A stretch of 64,000 nucleotides of DNA from an uncultured delta proteobacterium (lineage in GTDB: Bacteria > Desulfobacterota > Binatia > Binatales > Binataceae). The translations under genes and the position numbers were made by a program. The notes beneath the pieces were generated by a model, which was given only the letters and a program-made list of their open reading frames with translations, was not told where the DNA came from and did no database searches. The stretch lies in NCBI GenBank assembly GCA_963710455.1, contig CAVQAG010000005.1, positions 24,020 to 88,019 on the forward strand, in the 5' to 3' direction. Below are positions 60,590 to 64,000 of the stretch, piece after piece; the first letter of the stretch is position 1, and the number at the start of each line of letters is the position of its first letter.

Positions 60590-63500
60590 ATGGCACGTGA
60601 GACGCAGAGCGCTCGATCTGGCCCGGCTGATCTCGGCAGCCCGGGGGCGCATATTCCTTCTTCGCGAAAAGGGATGTTCCGCAAAGAGGGCGAGTACTGG
60701 AGCATCGGGTATGGTAGTGAAGCCTTTCGCCTGAAGGACACCAAGGGGCTCGGGTATCTCGCGCATCTGTTGCGCCATCCCGCGGCTGAATTCCACGTGC
60801 TGGACCTGGTGGGTGGAATCGCGAGCGGCCGCGCGGAGGACGAAAGCGGTTCGTCGGGGGATGGCTTGCCTCGGCGCGATGAGGACTTCGAAAAGGCGGG
60901 AATCCATATCACGCGACTGGGTGACGCGGGCGAGATGCTCGACGACCAGGCCAAAGCCTCTTATAGACGCCGGCTCTCCGAGTTGCGGGAGGAACTGGAA
61001 GAAGCCAAAGAACTCGGAGATGTCGAGCGCGCCGAGCGGGCAGAAGAGGAAGTCGATGCGCTGACGAAGGAACTGTCGCGCGCCGTGGGACTGGGTGGAC
61101 GTAGCCGGCGAGCGGCGTCAGCTTCGGAACGAGCCCGCCAGAGCATCACCAAGACGATCAAGGCCGTGGTCGAAAGAATAGCGCAGAGCGATGCGGCACT
61201 GGGAGATATGTTCGCGCGATGCATCAAGACGGGCGCGTTTTGCTCCTATCAGCCTGATCCTGATTTCCCGATTACGTGGGAATTTGGCGCGAAGGAAGCA
61301 AGTTCGAGTATCGAGTCCGCAGATCGACCGCTGATAGATGATGCTTCTGCTCCAGCGCACACCGATCGCGTGCAGGCCTCGGCAGTGGTGCTCGAGGTGT
61401 CTCCGTTCTCCCTCGCGGAGAGAACCGCCTTTGCCGGTCGTGAAACCGAACGTCGCGCGATTCTCGCGGCGATCGACCTCGCGCTTGGTGGCCGCGGCTC
61501 GCTAATCATGCTCGGGGGCGGCCCCGGCGTGGGAAAGAGCCGCCTGGCAATGGAGATGGCGGAATACGCATCGCGTGTCGGCTTCAGATGCCTTGTTGGG
61601 CACTGCTATGAAAGAGAGGAACCCTTTCCCTATCTACCTTTCGTCGAGATCATTGAAAGCAGTCTGGCACAGGCGGCGAGCCTCGACGATTTCCGGCGCC
61701 ATATGGGAGACAATGCGCCCGAGCTTGCGCAGATCGCTCCAAGGCTTCGACGAGTGTTCCCGGATATTCCGCAACCACCGGACCTGCCCCCGACCCAGAA
61801 GCGTCGTTACCTCATCCAAAGTGTCGCGGAGGCGCTGGGGCGCGCGACTCAAACCCGTTCATATCTGTACATACTGGAGGACCTTCATTGGTCCGATGAA
61901 TCCACTTTGGCGCTGCTGAACTATCTAGCCAATCGTGTTGCCCAACTGCCGCTGGTAATCGTCGGCACCTATCGCGAGGGATTTTCGGATGATAACCCGG
62001 CTTTAGCCAGAACTCTGGAGGAGCTGATTCGGATCGGTATCCGTCCGGTAAAGCTCGGCGGTCTGGCAAAAGATGCCGTCGCGCAGATGATGCATGGGTT
62101 AGCCCAACGCCAGGCGCCGGAAAGCCTGGTGAATCTGATCTTCGAAGAAAGCCAGGGGAATCCATTCTTTGTCGAGGAGATGTACAGGCATCTGATCGAG
62201 GATGGCAAAGTCTTCGATGAGGCCGGACGCTTCCGCACGGACATCGAGATCGACGAGATCGACGTTCCGGAAAATGTGCGCCTGATCATCGGCCGCCGCC
62301 TCGAACGCCTCGATGAGAATGAAACGCGAGCGCTGGCGGCCGCCGCGGTGCTCGGGCGCAGCTTCAGCTTTCAACTGCTGGCTGCGATTATTCAAATCGA
62401 CGTCGACGATCTCTTCACCATCATCGAAAAGGCGCAGCAGATGGGAGTGATCGTGCCGAGTTCCGAGGGGCCCGAGAAGCCGTTCACCTTTGCCCATGAA
62501 CTGGTGCGTCAGACACTCCTTGCCGGCATTTCCACTCCGCGCCGGCAACGCTTGCACGCCGTCGTCGCTGATGCGATCGAGCGGCTCGATCCCGGTGCCG
62601 TCGAGCGCGCAGGCGAGATCGCCGACCATCTGCTCAGGGCAGGATTGTTCGCCGATCGCCAAAGATTCGTCCGCTGGCTTACCCTTGCAGGCCGGAACGC
62701 ACTCGAGGCCGCGGCGTATAAGGAGGCGCGGCGCAGTTTCCGGTCGGCCCTGTCAAATCCAGGCGCAGTCGGCGCGCGCGAAAGGGCGGACTTGCTGGCG
62801 AGCCTTGCGCTGGCCGAGCGAGGTCTTGAAGGATGGGACGCGGCGCTCACCAATCTCCGTGAAGCACTGGATATTTATATCAATCTCGATGATCGCAAGA
62901 TGATCGGTAAGGGCTTCATCGAATTGACTGATGCTTTTATTTGGGCTGGCCGCTTCCGCGAAGCGGTCGAAACAGCACGCCGCGGACTCACCTATCTTGG
63001 GGACGATGTCAGCGCGGACCGGGTAAGTCTGCTGGCTGCCCTCGGGCACGCTTGCGCACCCGCGGAAGGCTATGCGCCGGCGCATGAGGCGCTGCGGGAA
63101 GCACTGAACATTGCTTCGGAGATCTCCGATCCAAAACTTGTGGCAAGAGTGCTAGGTGCGCGGTCGGTAGCGAATTTCCACTATTTTCGGCTGTCGGAGG
63201 CCGCCGCCGACGGGCTTTTGGCCGAGCAATTGGCCGGTGCCACAGCTTCTCCCTGGTTGCGCGCAATTCATCTGCGAATTCTGTATCAGACGCTGCTCTG
63301 CCTCGGACGCTTGGAAGAGGCGGCAAGAATCGCGGACGAGCTCGAACCACTGGCCAGGAAGATAGGGCAGTCCTACTCGGTCGCACTGTGCCTCGACATG
63401 CGAGCCTGGATCGAATTCGGAAAAGCGCCCGATTTGGCCAAACTCGAAGCCGACCTCCGGAATTTCTCAAACGCCGCGCAAATCGCCCGCTTCTCTCTAT

Positions 63501-64000
63501 GGAGAGCGCTCTCCGGGGTACAGCAAAGTCTGGTGGACTTCTTTCGCGGAAATTGGGATGGCGCTCTTTCGCACGCCCGAGCCTGCGTTCGCCCCGAGCC
63601 GGGAAGCTCCATTGAAGGGTTCGGGGTCGGAACGCTTTTTCGACAGATGGCTTACGCGGGCGATCGCGACGGCGCATTGGCAATCCTGGATGAAAAGCGC
63701 GCGTGGCTGCCGCATGGCGGTCAACCCAACACCAGGGGCTCGTGGCTGATGCTCGCGCTGGTCATTGAGGGCCTTGTCATGTTCGGCGATCATCCGCAAG
63801 CTGGACAGCTCTACCCATTGGTAAGCGAGTTGGTCAGCACTGGAGCGGTCGCGCTTTTGCCGATCTGCCGCTTTACCAATACGATCGCGGGAATCGCCGC
63901 CGCGGCAGCGCGTCGTTGGGAAGCCGCCGAAGACCACTTTCAGACCGCGCTGCGGCAGGCGGAGTCTTTCCCCCACCGCCTCGAACAAGCGGAGATACGC
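60590..64000 (+). CDS. large STAND-type ATPase regulator (AAA_16 P-loop plus TPR-like helical repeats), 3'-partial
   Basis: Hand translation from ATG 60590 gives 1137 codons with no stop up to the window end, which explains its absence from the ORF track. Motifs seen:
- N-terminal FRKEGEYWSIGYGSEAFRLKDTKGLGYLAHLLRHPAAEFHVLDLV
- a coiled-coil segment
- Walker A LGGGPGVGKSRLAMEM
- Walker B YLYILEDLHWSDESTLALL
- GNPFFVEE
- long helical repeats. Confidence 0.85.
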   Translation, partial: MARETQSARSGPADLGSPGAHIPSSRKGMFRKEGEYWSIGYGSEAFRLKDTKGLGYLAHLLRHPAAEFHVLDLVGGIASGRAEDESGSSGDGLPRRDEDFEKAGIHITRLGDAGEMLDDQAKASYRRRLSELREELEEAKELGDVERAERAEEEVDALTKELSRAVGLGGRSRRAASASERARQSITKTIKAVVERIAQSDAALGDMFARCIKTGAFCSYQPDPDFPITWEFGAKEASSSIESADRPLIDDASAPAHTDRVQASAVVLEVSPFSLAERTAFAGRETERRAILAAIDLALGGRGSLIMLGGGPGVGKSRLAMEMAEYASRVGFRCLVGHCYEREEPFPYLPFVEIIESSLAQAASLDDFRRHMGDNAPELAQIAPRLRRVFPDIPQPPDLPPTQKRRYLIQSVAEALGRATQTRSYLYILEDLHWSDESTLALLNYLANRVAQLPLVIVGTYREGFSDDNPALARTLEELIRIGIRPVKLGGLAKDAVAQMMHGLAQRQAPESLVNLIFEESQGNPFFVEEMYRHLIEDGKVFDEAGRFRTDIEIDEIDVPENVRLIIGRRLERLDENETRALAAAAVLGRSFSFQLLAAIIQIDVDDLFTIIEKAQQMGVIVPSSEGPEKPFTFAHELVRQTLLAGISTPRRQRLHAVVADAIERLDPGAVERAGEIADHLLRAGLFADRQRFVRWLTLAGRNALEAAAYKEARRSFRSALSNPGAVGARERADLLASLALAERGLEGWDAALTNLREALDIYINLDDRKMIGKGFIELTDAFIWAGRFREAVETARRGLTYLGDDVSADRVSLLAALGHACAPAEGYAPAHEALREALNIASEISDPKLVARVLGARSVANFHYFRLSEAAADGLLAEQLAGATASPWLRAIHLRILYQTLLCLGRLEEAARIADELEPLARKIGQSYSVALCLDMRAWIEFGKAPDLAKLEADLRNFSNAAQIARFSLWRALSGVQQSLVDFFRGNWDGALSHARACVRPEPGSSIEGFGVGTLFRQMAYAGDRDGALAILDEKRAWLPHGGQPNTRGSWLMLALVIEGLVMFGDHPQAGQLYPLVSELVSTGAVALLPICRFTNTIAGIAAAAARRWEAAEDHFQTALRQAESFPHRLEQAEIR

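Noticed and set aside
62099-62662. 187-aa minus-strand ORF (and the other minus ORFs between 60.6 and 64 kb)
   Set aside because: All lie antisense to the uninterrupted 1137-codon STAND ATPase frame on the + strand.

Overview
High-GC (about 63-67% by hand-counting sample lines) bacterial chromosomal fragment with several lower-GC accessory patches. No rRNA genes or CRISPR arrays were seen.

Layout, left to right:
1. A decaying integrative island lies at the 3' end of tRNA-Arg(CCT) (about 0.6-10.5 kb). It carries a 910-aa Hsp70-fold ATPase with unusual motif architecture, convergent with an ApeA-like HEPN (Rx4H) gene. It also holds HTH genes, a broken sigma-54 activator and a tyrosine integrase.
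2. A 42-45% GC islet sits on the other side of the tRNA.
3. Housekeeping and detoxification genes follow: TetR, GST, a fatty-acid hydroxylase family protein, an M20 deacylase, an MBL-fold protein, marR-emrA-emrB, tag, a cupredoxin / CXXCH / beta-barrel trio and an LLM oxidoreductase.
4. A roughly 10.8 kb lasso-peptide biosynthetic cluster (24.3-35.1 kb) encodes two tandem PqqD/RRE genes, a 593-aa polytopic membrane protein, a B2 protease, an Asn-synthetase-like cyclase and a 56-aa precursor (YxxPxLx3Gx5TxG leader). It also encodes an HPr-kinase-like kinase, a nucleotidyltransferase and an ABC exporter.
5. Then come tRNA-Leu(TAG), a DsbA-like protein, and an IS1182-like element inserted into a REP-like palindrome.
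6. Next are a purine permease, ppgK, ilvD, a minimal mauB-mauA pair, tRNA-Ser(TGA), a DNA ligase and a LolA-like protein.
7. A 5 kb stretch contains three consecutive multiply frameshifted genes (RNase II/R-like, LOG, FUSC). After it come dps, a catalase relic, an aldo-keto reductase and an RND efflux pair.
8. A more than 1137-codon STAND/AAA ATPase ORF runs off the 3' end. It is absent from the supplied ORF track.

Many long ORFs in the track are antisense shadow ORFs of the high-GC genes. At least a dozen genes show apparent frameshifts, so assembly indel error versus real gene decay must be resolved from reads.

The two candidates for something new are the Hsp70-fold/HEPN island module and the kinase/nucleotidyltransferase lasso cluster, whose precursor lacks the usual C-terminal Ser.
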